A DNA stretch of 64,000 nucleotides from Planctomycetota bacterium (GTDB taxonomy: Bacteria; Planctomycetota; JAJSAM01; JAJVHW01), in NCBI GenBank assembly GCA_022072415.1, contig JAJVHW010000002.1:591-64590 (forward strand), read 5' to 3'. Shown piece by piece: positions 45,121 through 54,257 of this stretch. Positions within the stretch are counted from its first letter, which is position 1; every line of letters starts with the position of its first letter. The position numbers were made by a program, and so were the translations under genes. The notes beneath the pieces were generated by a model. The model did not search any database and had not been told where the DNA came from. It saw nothing but the letters and a program-made list of their open reading frames with translations.

Positions 45121-45138
45121 CCGCCGCGCGACGGGGAT

Positions 45139-46659
45139 TCACGCGCGCCACCGGAGCGCCTCGAGGACGTGGTCCCGCCCGACCGCCTGCGCGCCGGCGA
45201 GATCGGCGATGGTCCGCGCGACGCGCTGCACGCGGCCGATGCCCCGCGCCGAGAGGCGGCCCGACGATGCGGCGCGCATCATCACCTCCTCCCCGGCGGC
45301 GTCGAGCGCGGCGTGCCGGCGGACCTCCGCGGGCGTGAGCGAGGCGTTGACGCGGGGCGCGCCGGCGAAGCGTACGAACTGCGCGGCGCGGGCACGCAGG
45401 ACGTCCTCGCGCATCGACGCCGAGTCCCGCCCGGGCTTCGCGTCGCGGAGCGCATCGTACGGCACCGCCGGCACCGTGATGCGGAGGTCGATCCGGTCGA
45501 GCACCGGCCCGGAGACCCTCGCGGCGTAGCGCGTGACCTGCTGCGGCGTGCAGGTGCACCTCGGACCGCCGCCGAACCCGCACGGGCACGGGTTCATCGC
45601 GGCGACGAGGAGGAACCGGCACGGGAACGTCTCGTGGAACGACGCCCGCGACACGGTGACGACGCCGCTCTCGAGGGGCTGGCGGAGCGCCTCGATCACT
45701 TCCGGGCGGAACTGCGGGAGTTCGTCGAGGAACAGCACGCCGCGGTGCGCGAGCGACGCCTCGCCGGGGCGCGGCGGATTGCCGCCGCCGGTGATGCCCG
45801 CGAGGCTCGCCGAACAGCCCGGCGCGCGGAGCGGCCGCACGCGCGGGAGCCCGTCCACGGGCAGCGCCGCAGCGCTGCGGATCCGCGCGACCTCGAGGCT
45901 CTCCTCCGGCGTGAGGGGCGGCAGGATGTCCGTGAACCTCTCGGCGAGGAGCGTCTTCCCCGCGCCGGGCGGGCCGACGAGGAGCACGTTGTGCGCGCCG
46001 GAGGCGGCGATCACCAGCGCGCGCTTCACCGCCTCCTGCCCGCGCACTTCGGCGAAGTCGCGCGCATCGGCGCTGTCGCGACGGTCGGACCGGACCGAGC
46101 CGTCCCGCGGCTCCTCCCCCGGCGGAGGGACCGGGTCGAGGCGGATCGCGCCCGTGACGAATCGGACGGCTTCGGCGAGCGTGGAGACGCCGAAGACCGG
46201 AGCGGCGTCGGCCATCGCCGCCTCGCGTCCGTTGGCGAGAGGGACCACCAGCCGCGACACGGCGCGCCGCCGCGCCACCGACGCGAGGAGCAGCGACCCG
46301 CGCACGGGACGCACGCGCCCGTCCAGCGAGAGTTCGCCGAACGTCAGGAGGTCGCGGACGTCGGACACGGGGATCGCGCCCCCCGCCGCGAGGATGCCGA
46401 GCGCGATCGGCAGGTCGTGCGCGGTGCCGTGCTTCGGCGTCCCGGCCGGGGCGAGGTTCACGAGCACCCGTCCCTTCGGGAACGAGAACCCGCTCTGCAC
46501 GAGGGCGGCGCGCACGCGCTCGCGGGCCTCCTTGGCCGCCGTGTCGGCGAGGCCGACCAGATCGAGCACCGGCTGGCCGCTCGGGTTCACGTGGACTTCG
46601 ACCTCGGTGGCCTCGCCGTCGATCCCGCGGAGGCTGGCCGAGTGGCATCGAGCGAACAT
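45139..46659 (-). CDS. YifB/ComM family Mg-chelatase-like ATPase
   Basis: Motifs are MFARCHSASLRGIDG (typical N-terminus), HDLPIALGILAA, LLVGPPGAGKT, GVLFLDELPQF and the Cys cluster NPCPCG. Confidence 0.9.
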   Translation of the reverse strand: MFARCHSASLRGIDGEATEVEVHVNPSGQPVLDLVGLADTAAKEARERVRAALVQSGFSFPKGRVLVNLAPAGTPKHGTAHDLPIALGILAAGGAIPVSDVRDLLTFGELSLDGRVRPVRGSLLLASVARRRAVSRLVVPLANGREAAMADAAPVFGVSTLAEAVRFVTGAIRLDPVPPPGEEPRDGSVRSDRRDSADARDFAEVRGQEAVKRALVIAASGAHNVLLVGPPGAGKTLLAERFTDILPPLTPEESLEVARIRSAAALPVDGLPRVRPLRAPGCSASLAGITGGGNPPRPGEASLAHRGVLFLDELPQFRPEVIEALRQPLESGVVTVSRASFHETFPCRFLLVAAMNPCPCGFGGGPRCTCTPQQVTRYAARVSGPVLDRIDLRITVPAVPYDALRDAKPGRDSASMREDVLRARAAQFVRFAGAPRVNASLTPAEVRRHAALDAAGEEVMMRAASSGRLSARGIGRVQRVARTIADLAGAQAVGRDHVLEALRWRA

Positions 46660-46941
46660 GTTCCGCCTTCGCCGGGCTCCCGGCAGGGTTCGGTACGTCT
46701 GAGGATCCCGGCCCGGCGCGCCGCCGCGGCGCGGTCGCATCGGGCAGTCGTCCGGTGCGCCCGCTCCGAGCGGCCGCGCCGGGATCGATCCGGCCATGAG
46801 GAGACGCACGACACCCCCCCAACGTCACCGCGGGTTTCCCCGAGGATCCGCGGCGGGGTTCGGATCGACTCAGGCCGGCCCCGCGGCCCCCCTTCCGACC
46901 CGGAAGTCCGGGCGGCGGGGCGGCCTCCCCAAGGAGTCCCC

Positions 46942-49458
46942 ATGAACCTCCGTCCCGCGCGCGCCCTCGTCCTCGCCGTGGCCCCGCTGCTGCCCCTCGC
47001 CGCGTCGGGCCCCCTCGGATTCGCCCCCCCCGCCGCGGCGCAGGACGGCGCCCCGGCCGACGGTTCGGACGAGGAGATCCGCGGCCTCGCCCAGTCGGTG
47101 GCGACGGCGTCCGACGCGTCCCACGCGTGGGACGACGCGGTGCGCCTCGCGGGGTACGGAGCCAAGGCCGCGCCGTTCGCCACGGAGGCCGCGGCGGCCG
47201 AGGACGCCACGCCGGTCGGCCGCGTGGCCATCGGCCGCGTGCTCCTCCAGCTCGCCGAGCGCTCCCGCGCCGCGGACACGCTCCTCCGCACCGCGCGCGA
47301 CGACGCCGCGCCCGTCGAATCCCGCATCGAGGCCGTGCGCCTCCTCGGGCAGACGTCGGACGACTACGAGGACGCCATCCGGCAGATCCTCGACGGCGCG
47401 CTCGACCCGCGGCTCCGCGCCGCGGCGGCCTCGTCGCTCTGGGCCGTCGCGAAGGACGTGGACGCGAAGAAGGTGCTGCGCGACCTCGTGCGGAGCGACG
47501 CGCTCGACCTGCAGGTCGAGGGCGCCCTCGCGCTCGCGGAGACGGGCGACTCGTCGCCGGAGGTCACCGCGGTCCTGCACCGGATCCGCCACGAGCCGAC
47601 GCCCCGCGGCCGCCTCGCGCGGGCGCTCCTCGAGAAGGCCGAGTGGCAGCGCGTGCCGCCGATCGCCCCGCCGACGGCGCCCGCGGCGCCCGCGAACGGC
47701 GCGGGGACCCCGAAGACGGGGGTCCAGGCGCTCCTCGACGAGATCGTCCGCGTCGTCCGCGCGAACTACGTCGCGCCCGAGGACGCGGTGGACCTGAAGC
47801 TCTGGGAAGGCGCCGCGCACGGGCTCGTCGGCGCCGTCGGCGACCCGTACACGACCTACCAGTCCGTCGAGGAGCGCGAGGACTGGAACGACAACCTGAC
47901 GAAGGAGTACGGCGGCATCGGCGCGTACGTGAACTTCGACCGCGACGGAGTGTTCTCCGTGTCGCGCCCGATGTTCAAGGGGCCCGCGTGGAACGCGGGG
48001 CTGAAGACCGGCACGCGGATCCTCCGGATCGACGACTGGGACACCGGCGGGCACACGGTGGACGACATCGTGAAGCGGCTCCGCGGGCCCGTCGGCACGT
48101 CGGTGAAGCTCCTCGTGGCGAAGCCGGGATGGCGCGAGCCGCAGGAACTGACGCTCGAGCGCAGGCAGATCAAGGTGGACACGTGCTGGTCGTCCACGCT
48201 GCCCGGCGGCGTCGGCTACCTGCTCGTGGACAACTTCGCGAAGAACACGGCGCAGGAGTTCCGCGCCGCGCTCGGCGCGTTCGAGAAGGCCGGCGCGAAG
48301 GCCCTCGTGATCGACCTCCGCGCCAACACGGGCGGATACCTGAACGTCGCGCAGGCGATGGGCGACATGCTCCTCCCCCGCGGCAGCCTCGTCGTCGAGA
48401 CGAAGGGCCGCACCGACGCGGCGCGGAACGACGTCTACGTGACGCAGGGCATGAGCACGGAGTGGAGCCGCGCGGTGCCGCTGACCGTGCTCGTCAACGA
48501 GTTCAGCGCGAGCGCGAGCGAGATCCTCTCCGGCGCGCTGAAGGTCCACGGGCGCGCCGTGATCGTGGGCACGCGCACCTTCGGGAAGGGCAGCGTCCAG
48601 TACCCGTTCACGCTCTACACGCAGCCGTTCGCCGAGCCGTTCGAGGACAGGATCGCGCCGTTCGGCGCGTGGAACGACGAGGAGTACTACGAGGACGCGA
48701 ACGGAAACAAGCGGTACGACGCGGGCGAGCGCTGGGACGACGCGAACCGGAACGGGAAGTGGGACGCCGCCGAGACGTTCACGGACCGGAACGAGAACGG
48801 CCGGTTCGACGCGCCGAGCCTGAAGATCACCATCGCGCGGTACTACGTCGGGCGCCGCCCCGGGTCGTTCGAGTTCAACCCGTCGCGGAAGGAGATGATC
48901 GTCTCGAACCGCCGCGTGTGGCTCGGCGGCGTCGAGCCGGACGTGCCCGTCGCGGCCGAGGAATCGGAGGGCTGGCGCATCGAGGAGATGGCGAAGCTCG
49001 AGAAGGCGCGGGCGTTCGACCGCTTCCTCGCCTCGACCGACGGCACGTTCGGCGCGGGCGAACCTGCGGAGGGCGCGGACCCCTGGTTCCACGCGAACCG
49101 CGCGGCGTTCGAGGCGGCGGTCCTCGGCGGCGAGCGGGATCCGTCGCGGATCCCCGGCTTCGACGCGTGGGCGAAGTCCCTCCAGACGAAGCTCGACCGC
49201 GAGGACCTCTGGCAGTGGCTCCACGCGAAGCTCCGCGACAAGGTGAGCGACGAGTCGGGCCGCCAGATCGTCGGCGACTGGCCGATCGACGTGCAGCTCC
49301 AGCGCGCGCTCCGCGTGCTCATGGACCGGGGCGACCTCTCGACCCTGCGCTCCGTGCCCGAGTACGCCGGGATCGCCGCCCGCGAGTTCGCGGTGCCTCC
49401 GACCTACGGCAGGGAGGAGCTCGCGAAGGCCCGCCCGGCGCGGAACCAGGGCGACTGA
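46942..49458 (+). CDS. S41 family C-terminal processing peptidase with N-terminal HEAT-like region and an acidic insertion
   Basis: AAGGAG lies upstream and a signal peptide is present. The PDZ block is GIGAY...GPAWNAGLKTGTRILRIDD. The catalytic Ser region is NEFSASASEI and the Lys region is TFGKGSVQ. Confidence 0.85.
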   Translation: MNLRPARALVLAVAPLLPLAASGPLGFAPPAAAQDGAPADGSDEEIRGLAQSVATASDASHAWDDAVRLAGYGAKAAPFATEAAAAEDATPVGRVAIGRVLLQLAERSRAADTLLRTARDDAAPVESRIEAVRLLGQTSDDYEDAIRQILDGALDPRLRAAAASSLWAVAKDVDAKKVLRDLVRSDALDLQVEGALALAETGDSSPEVTAVLHRIRHEPTPRGRLARALLEKAEWQRVPPIAPPTAPAAPANGAGTPKTGVQALLDEIVRVVRANYVAPEDAVDLKLWEGAAHGLVGAVGDPYTTYQSVEEREDWNDNLTKEYGGIGAYVNFDRDGVFSVSRPMFKGPAWNAGLKTGTRILRIDDWDTGGHTVDDIVKRLRGPVGTSVKLLVAKPGWREPQELTLERRQIKVDTCWSSTLPGGVGYLLVDNFAKNTAQEFRAALGAFEKAGAKALVIDLRANTGGYLNVAQAMGDMLLPRGSLVVETKGRTDAARNDVYVTQGMSTEWSRAVPLTVLVNEFSASASEILSGALKVHGRAVIVGTRTFGKGSVQYPFTLYTQPFAEPFEDRIAPFGAWNDEEYYEDANGNKRYDAGERWDDANRNGKWDAAETFTDRNENGRFDAPSLKITIARYYVGRRPGSFEFNPSRKEMIVSNRRVWLGGVEPDVPVAAEESEGWRIEEMAKLEKARAFDRFLASTDGTFGAGEPAEGADPWFHANRAAFEAAVLGGERDPSRIPGFDAWAKSLQTKLDREDLWQWLHAKLRDKVSDESGRQIVGDWPIDVQLQRALRVLMDRGDLSTLRSVPEYAGIAAREFAVPPTYGREELAKARPARNQGD

Positions 49459-49488
49459 TCCAGGCGGCTCCGCGGACGGGCCCGGCGG

Positions 49489-50229
49489 CTACGCCAGCGC
49501 GACCGCGAGTCCGTGCCGCTCCGGAGACCCGCCGCTCCCGCGGTGGGACCAGAGGTTCCCGCCGCACATCGTGCAGCCGGGGATCACGTCCACGTGCTCG
49601 GGCCGGACGCCCGCGTCCACCAGCGTGTAGCGGATCGCCCCGGCGAGGTCGAACCGGCTCCGGTCGAACTGCCCGCGGCGGAGCCATCGGGCGACGCGGC
49701 TCCCGAACGGGCGCGTCATCGCGGAGACGACTTCCGGCCCGATCTCGAAGCAGCAGGGGCCGAGTCCGGGGAACACGGCCGCGCGGATCGCCGGCGCGGA
49801 CGCGCCCTGCTCCACGGCCGTGCGCACCGCATTCGCCGCGATGCGCGCCGCGGTCCCGCGCCATCCGGAGTGGACGACCCCGACGATGCGCGCGTCCGGG
49901 TCGGCGAGGGCCACGAGCGGGCAGTCCGCGCCCTGGACGAGCAGCGCGAGGCGCGGCGCCTTCGTGACGAGCGCGTCGGTCGCCGCGATCGCGCCGATGC
50001 CCGGCGCGTGTCCGCGGCCGCGGTCGGCGGCCGTCACGACGCGGACCGCGTCGGAGTGGACCTGCTCGGGGACGACGAGCGACGCGCCGTCGCCCGCGAC
50101 CTCGGCGGCGAGGCGCGACCTCGCCTCGGCCACCCCCGGCGCGCCCCGGGGCCCGACGGGCCCGAACGCGCGGTCGGTCATGGCGTGGCGGATCCCGTCG
50201 AGCGACAGGAGAAGGCGGCTGGTGATCAT
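49489..50229 (-). CDS. pgeF: YfiH/PgeF family (DUF152) purine nucleoside phosphorylase/peptidoglycan editing factor
   Basis: Motifs are EQVHSDAV, DALVT, GADCPLVAL, HSGWRGT and CTMC...WSHR. Confidence 0.85.
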   Translation of the reverse strand: MITSRLLLSLDGIRHAMTDRAFGPVGPRGAPGVAEARSRLAAEVAGDGASLVVPEQVHSDAVRVVTAADRGRGHAPGIGAIAATDALVTKAPRLALLVQGADCPLVALADPDARIVGVVHSGWRGTAARIAANAVRTAVEQGASAPAIRAAVFPGLGPCCFEIGPEVVSAMTRPFGSRVARWLRRGQFDRSRFDLAGAIRYTLVDAGVRPEHVDVIPGCTMCGGNLWSHRGSGGSPERHGLAVALA

Positions 50230-51536
50230 GCGGTGGGCGGAGTCCCGTCGTTTCCGGTCGTGTCCGACAGGTTCTCCGCGGACGTGCCGGGCGCGCCCGC
50301 GACGGACGGCGCGGACTCCGCCGACGGCGCGATCCCGGCGTGACGCCGAATCTCGGGCAGCACGAACTCCTGCGCGAGGATCTTCAGGACCGCGGCGAGC
50401 GGGATCGCGACGAGCATCCCGAAGAGGCCGAGGAGGTCGCCCGCGATGAACGTGGCGACGAGGATCGTGAGCGGGTGCAGCCCCACGCTCCGCCCGACGA
50501 ACACCGGCGTGAGCACGTACTGCTCGACCGCCTCGAACGCGGCGAGCACTCCGAAGAGGAGGAGGAGCGTCCCCGCGCCGGACCCCGCGGCGGCCTGCAT
50601 CGCGAGCGCCATCGAGATCGACGCGACGGAGCCGACCACCGGCACCAGCGACGTGAGCGCGCCGAACACCGCGCACACGAGCGCGAACGGCGTCCCGAAC
50701 CCGATGTACGCGATCAGCAGGAAAACGAGGCGGAGGACGAGCAGGATCAGCCGCCCGCGGAAGAACGCGGCCAGCGTGGCGTGGATCTTCCCGAGGATCT
50801 CGACGACCCGGGCGCGCTGCGCGTGCGGCAGGTGCGCGATCGTCACGTCGAAGAGCGCGGGGAGCCTCGCGAGAGAGTAGTAGAGGTAGATCGGGAAGAG
50901 GAAGAGCAGCGTCAGCACGGAGAGGAACGCGGAGCCGGCCGCCCGGCCCTGCTCGACGGCCGACGTCACCCACTGCCCCGCCGACGACGCGAGCTGCGTC
51001 CCGACGCCGGACGCCTCGCCGAGCTGCTCCGCGAGCTTCGACGTCCACGGGCTCGCGGCGAGCGCGTCCTCGACCTTCGCCCGCGCGACGCGCGCGAGCC
51101 CCGGCCGGAACTTCCCGTCGCCGTCCACGTCCACGTAGCGGATCGCCCGGCCGTGCCACGTGCCCGGGACGAGCTTCGCCTCGTCCCCCGCCTGCATGCC
51201 GAGTTCCGCCAGCGCATCGGCGCCGGACCGCTCCGTGGCCGGCTCGCCGACCACGTCGGAGTAGAAGCGCTGCGTCTCCGTCACGACGCGCGCGCCGCCC
51301 CATCCGGCCGAGCCGAGCACGAGGAGGAGGACGGCCGCCACGAGGGCCGCGCTCGCCGCGTTCCGCGAGAGCCCGAGGCGCTGCATCCGCCGGACGACGG
51401 GGTCGAGCACGTACGCGAGGAGCACCGCGCCGACCAGCGGCGTGACGACCGCCCGCGCGAGGTAGCCGACCCAGAGGACGGCCGCCACGACGGCGAGCAG
51501 GAAGAGCGTCCGCCAGCGGAGGTTCATCGCAGGCAA
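50226..51536 (-). CDS. AI-2E family transporter (PerM/UPF0118)
   Basis: 436 aa and polytopic, with a soluble insertion. ATGA overlap with pgeF. It has the typical C-terminal helix pattern. Confidence 0.75.
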   Translation of the reverse strand: MPAMNLRWRTLFLLAVVAAVLWVGYLARAVVTPLVGAVLLAYVLDPVVRRMQRLGLSRNAASAALVAAVLLLVLGSAGWGGARVVTETQRFYSDVVGEPATERSGADALAELGMQAGDEAKLVPGTWHGRAIRYVDVDGDGKFRPGLARVARAKVEDALAASPWTSKLAEQLGEASGVGTQLASSAGQWVTSAVEQGRAAGSAFLSVLTLLFLFPIYLYYSLARLPALFDVTIAHLPHAQRARVVEILGKIHATLAAFFRGRLILLVLRLVFLLIAYIGFGTPFALVCAVFGALTSLVPVVGSVASISMALAMQAAAGSGAGTLLLLFGVLAAFEAVEQYVLTPVFVGRSVGLHPLTILVATFIAGDLLGLFGMLVAIPLAAVLKILAQEFVLPEIRRHAGIAPSAESAPSVAGAPGTSAENLSDTTGNDGTPPTA

Positions 51537-51585
51537 TGTCGCGGACGGGCGGCGCGCCGCCGCAACCTATTCGGGAGAGGCCGGT

Positions 51586-51990
51586 TCACGCGCGCTGCGC
51601 GGCGAGCCGCGGCGGGTGCCGCGTGATCTCCTCGAGGAAGCGCCCGTCGAAGGCCTGCTCGAAGTCGAAGACGTTCTCGAACTGCCCGCGGTGGTCCTCG
51701 TCGCCGGCCACGAGGAGCCCGCGCTGGATCAGGTTGAAGACGACGTCGCCGAGGTCGCCGGTCGAGCGGATGTTCCACTGGTCGAGGACGGTCCGCGCGA
51801 GGAAGCCCCACTGCGTGACCGCGGCGTCGCGGATGCCCGCGAGCAGTTCCGGCGGCGCCACGTGGCGGCGGTGCGCGAGGCGCCCGAGGGCGACCTCGAG
51901 CCCTTCGAACACGAGCATGTACGCGCCGGGCGGAAAGCGCCGGTCCGTACGCGCCAGTTCCTCGATCGAGCGCTCGAGCTTCTCGGACAT
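51586..51990 (-). CDS. conserved hypothetical protein (134 aa)
   Basis: Composition is clean: MSEKLERSIEELARTDRRFPPGAYMLVFEGLEVAL...FNLIQRGLLVAGDEDHRGQFENVFDFEQAF. No family was confidently recognised. Confidence 0.55.
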   Translation of the reverse strand: MSEKLERSIEELARTDRRFPPGAYMLVFEGLEVALGRLAHRRHVAPPELLAGIRDAAVTQWGFLARTVLDQWNIRSTGDLGDVVFNLIQRGLLVAGDEDHRGQFENVFDFEQAFDGRFLEEITRHPPRLAAQRA

Positions 51991-52144
51991 TCCGGTCCTC
52001 CTGCCCTCGCCGGCGGCCGCACAGGGGAGCGGTTCCGGGACGGGTTCGTCCGTCGGGGCAAAGGGGTGAATCGACCGCGGCCGCCGGGGTCTTGAGGGGG
52101 TTCGAGGGGGCAATCCGCGGATCGAGCCTGACCCTGCCAAAAAG

Positions 52145-53203
52145 TCAGCGCCGGACTGCGGCGCCCGGGCGGCTGGCGGTGTCCCGCGCCCCGGCGGCGC
52201 CCCAGCGGACGCCGAGCGCGCGCAGCGCGAGTTCCGGGGAGACGTTCGACTCGACGCTCTCCAGCGCGTGGCGGATCGCGGCGATGCGCGCCTCGCCGCT
52301 CGCCGTCGCCGCGTCGCCGCGGAGACCGTGGAGGAGGAGCGCCAGAGCCTCGCGCGTCCGCTCCCGCTGCGCGTCGAGGTCGCGCCCGGCGGCGCGGACC
52401 CAGTCCACGAGACCGTCCACGGCGAGCGCGTCGCCGGCGAGCATGCGGTCCGCCGGCGGGATCGCCCCGCCGTGCACGTCCCACTCGATCGCGCGGAGCG
52501 TGCGCCCCGCCGAGCCCTGGCCGAGCGCGACGAGGCGGTCGAGCGCCGCCGCCGGGACCGCCTGCGCGGCCGCGCCTCCGGCGCTCCGGACGATCCGGCG
52601 GACCATGTCCGGCGCAAGGGGGCGGAACCGAACGCGCTGGCAGCGGGAGAGGATCGTGTCGGGGACCGCCTCGGTGCCCCGCGCGAGGATCAGGAACGTC
52701 GTCTGCCGCGGCGCCTCCTCGAGCGTCTTCAGGAGCAGCGCGGCGCCCTCGTCCTCGACCTCGTCGAACGCGTCGAGGATCACGACCTTCCACCCGCCGC
52801 CCGAGGGCGCGAGCGCGGTCAGATCCACGAGCTTCCGGAGCGTGCGCACCGGGATCGTCTTCCGCGGCTGGGGCTTCTCCGCGGCCCGCGCCGACGCCGT
52901 GAACGACGCGATCTGCGCGCGGTCCGCGTCGGCGTCGTCGTCGAACCTCGGCCCGCGGTCCGCCTGCACGACGAGGAGGTCAGGGTGGCGGCCCTGCGCG
53001 TCGTCGCGGCACGCGCGGCACGTCCCGCAGGGCGACGATCCCCGGCGCGACGTGCAGAGCAGGGCTGCGGCGAAGGACCGCGCGCCGAGCATGCGGCCGG
53101 TGCCCGGCGGGCCGTGGAGGAGGTACGCCCCGGCGATGCGGCCCGTCGCGATCGCGGCGTCGAACGCGCGGAGGGCGGCGTCCTGTCCGAGCGGACGGGT
53201 CAC
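52145..53203 (-). CDS. holB: DNA polymerase III delta-prime subunit
   Basis: Motifs are AYLLHGPPGTGR, the zinc module CGTCRACR, WKVVILDAFDEV and ILSRCQRVRF. Confidence 0.8.
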   Translation of the reverse strand: MTRPLGQDAALRAFDAAIATGRIAGAYLLHGPPGTGRMLGARSFAAALLCTSRRGSSPCGTCRACRDDAQGRHPDLLVVQADRGPRFDDDADADRAQIASFTASARAAEKPQPRKTIPVRTLRKLVDLTALAPSGGGWKVVILDAFDEVEDEGAALLLKTLEEAPRQTTFLILARGTEAVPDTILSRCQRVRFRPLAPDMVRRIVRSAGGAAAQAVPAAALDRLVALGQGSAGRTLRAIEWDVHGGAIPPADRMLAGDALAVDGLVDWVRAAGRDLDAQRERTREALALLLHGLRGDAATASGEARIAAIRHALESVESNVSPELALRALGVRWGAAGARDTASRPGAAVRR

Positions 53204-53207
53204 GGCG

Positions 53208-53837
53208 TCAGGCGTCTCCGGTGGCGGCGAGCGCGAGCTTCGCGATCCGCGCGGAGACCATGTCCTCGCTGCCCGCGGGGACGAGGCGGTGTCCGCGGCG
53301 TCCGCGGCAGAGCCTCCGGTAGGCCTTCGCCACCTCGCCGTGGAACCCGGCGCCCTTCGACTCCATGCGGTCGAGCGGCCGCTCGATCCGGCCGATCCCG
53401 CCGCCCTCCGGCACGTCGAGGACGAACACCCGGTCGGGCCGCGGGGTCGGCACGACGAGCCGTTCGAGCGACCGGATGCGCGCAGCGCCGAACCCGCCGG
53501 CCGCGCCCTGGTAGACCTCGGTCGAGAGCGTCCATCGCTCGCAGACGACCACGGTCCCCTCGGCGAGCGCCGGGGCGATCACCTCGGCCGCGAGCTGCGC
53601 GCGCGCGGCGAAGTAGAGGCAGGCCTCGGCCGCCGGGTCCACGGGGCCGTGCGCGGTGTCGAGGAGGATCGACCGGACCGCCTCGGCGAGCGGCGTGCTC
53701 CCGGGGTCGCGGAGGTGGAGCACCTTGCGCCCCTTCGACGCGAGCAGCGCGGCGAGCCGCCGCGCCTGGGTGGACTTCCCCGACCCGTCGGCGCCCTCGA
53801 GAACGATGAACGCACCTGCGATCCGCGGCTTCGGCAT
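53208..53837 (-). CDS. tmk: thymidylate kinase
   Basis: Motifs are FIVLEGADGSGKSTQ, RDPG and ...DRF..S..YQG. Confidence 0.9.
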   Translation of the reverse strand: MPKPRIAGAFIVLEGADGSGKSTQARRLAALLASKGRKVLHLRDPGSTPLAEAVRSILLDTAHGPVDPAAEACLYFAARAQLAAEVIAPALAEGTVVVCERWTLSTEVYQGAAGGFGAARIRSLERLVVPTPRPDRVFVLDVPEGGGIGRIERPLDRMESKGAGFHGEVAKAYRRLCRGRRGHRLVPAGSEDMVSARIAKLALAATGDA

Positions 53838-54257
53838 GCGGAGAGGGTACCGCCACCCGGGGTCGGCGCGGAGGGTCCCCCGCGGGTCGCGGAAGGAGGC
53901 CGGACAGGCTCGCTCCGGGCGCGAATCGATGGAACGCAGAGGTTACCTTGCTTCCATGGCGGTCGCGGCGTGTGGAGGGGCTGTGGAGAACCCTGCGCCC
54001 GCCTGCAACGGCGCGGTTCCGGGCGCGAAATCCGCCGTGTCCGGGATCTGCGTCCGAATTGATCGGCGCGCGCAAGTGGGTATCAGAAAGCCACTTCCGA
54101 CGGCAGGCGCGAAGCCTCGCCCCGCCTTCATGAGAATCCCTCGGAATCCGCTTGAAACCATCGACGAGCCGTTCCGTCCGGCCGGCCCGCCCCCGCGTGG
54201 GGAAAACTCGTGCGCCGGACGCGGATTCCGCCCCCTCGCGGCCTCCCCTGCGTCCCG

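Noticed and set aside
53943-54161. 72-aa minus-strand ORF in the tmk upstream gap.
   Set aside because: It has no RBS and an A/G/P/T-rich sequence. Third-position GC is clearly below that of neighbouring genes. It is kept only as part of the unexplained-gap finding.
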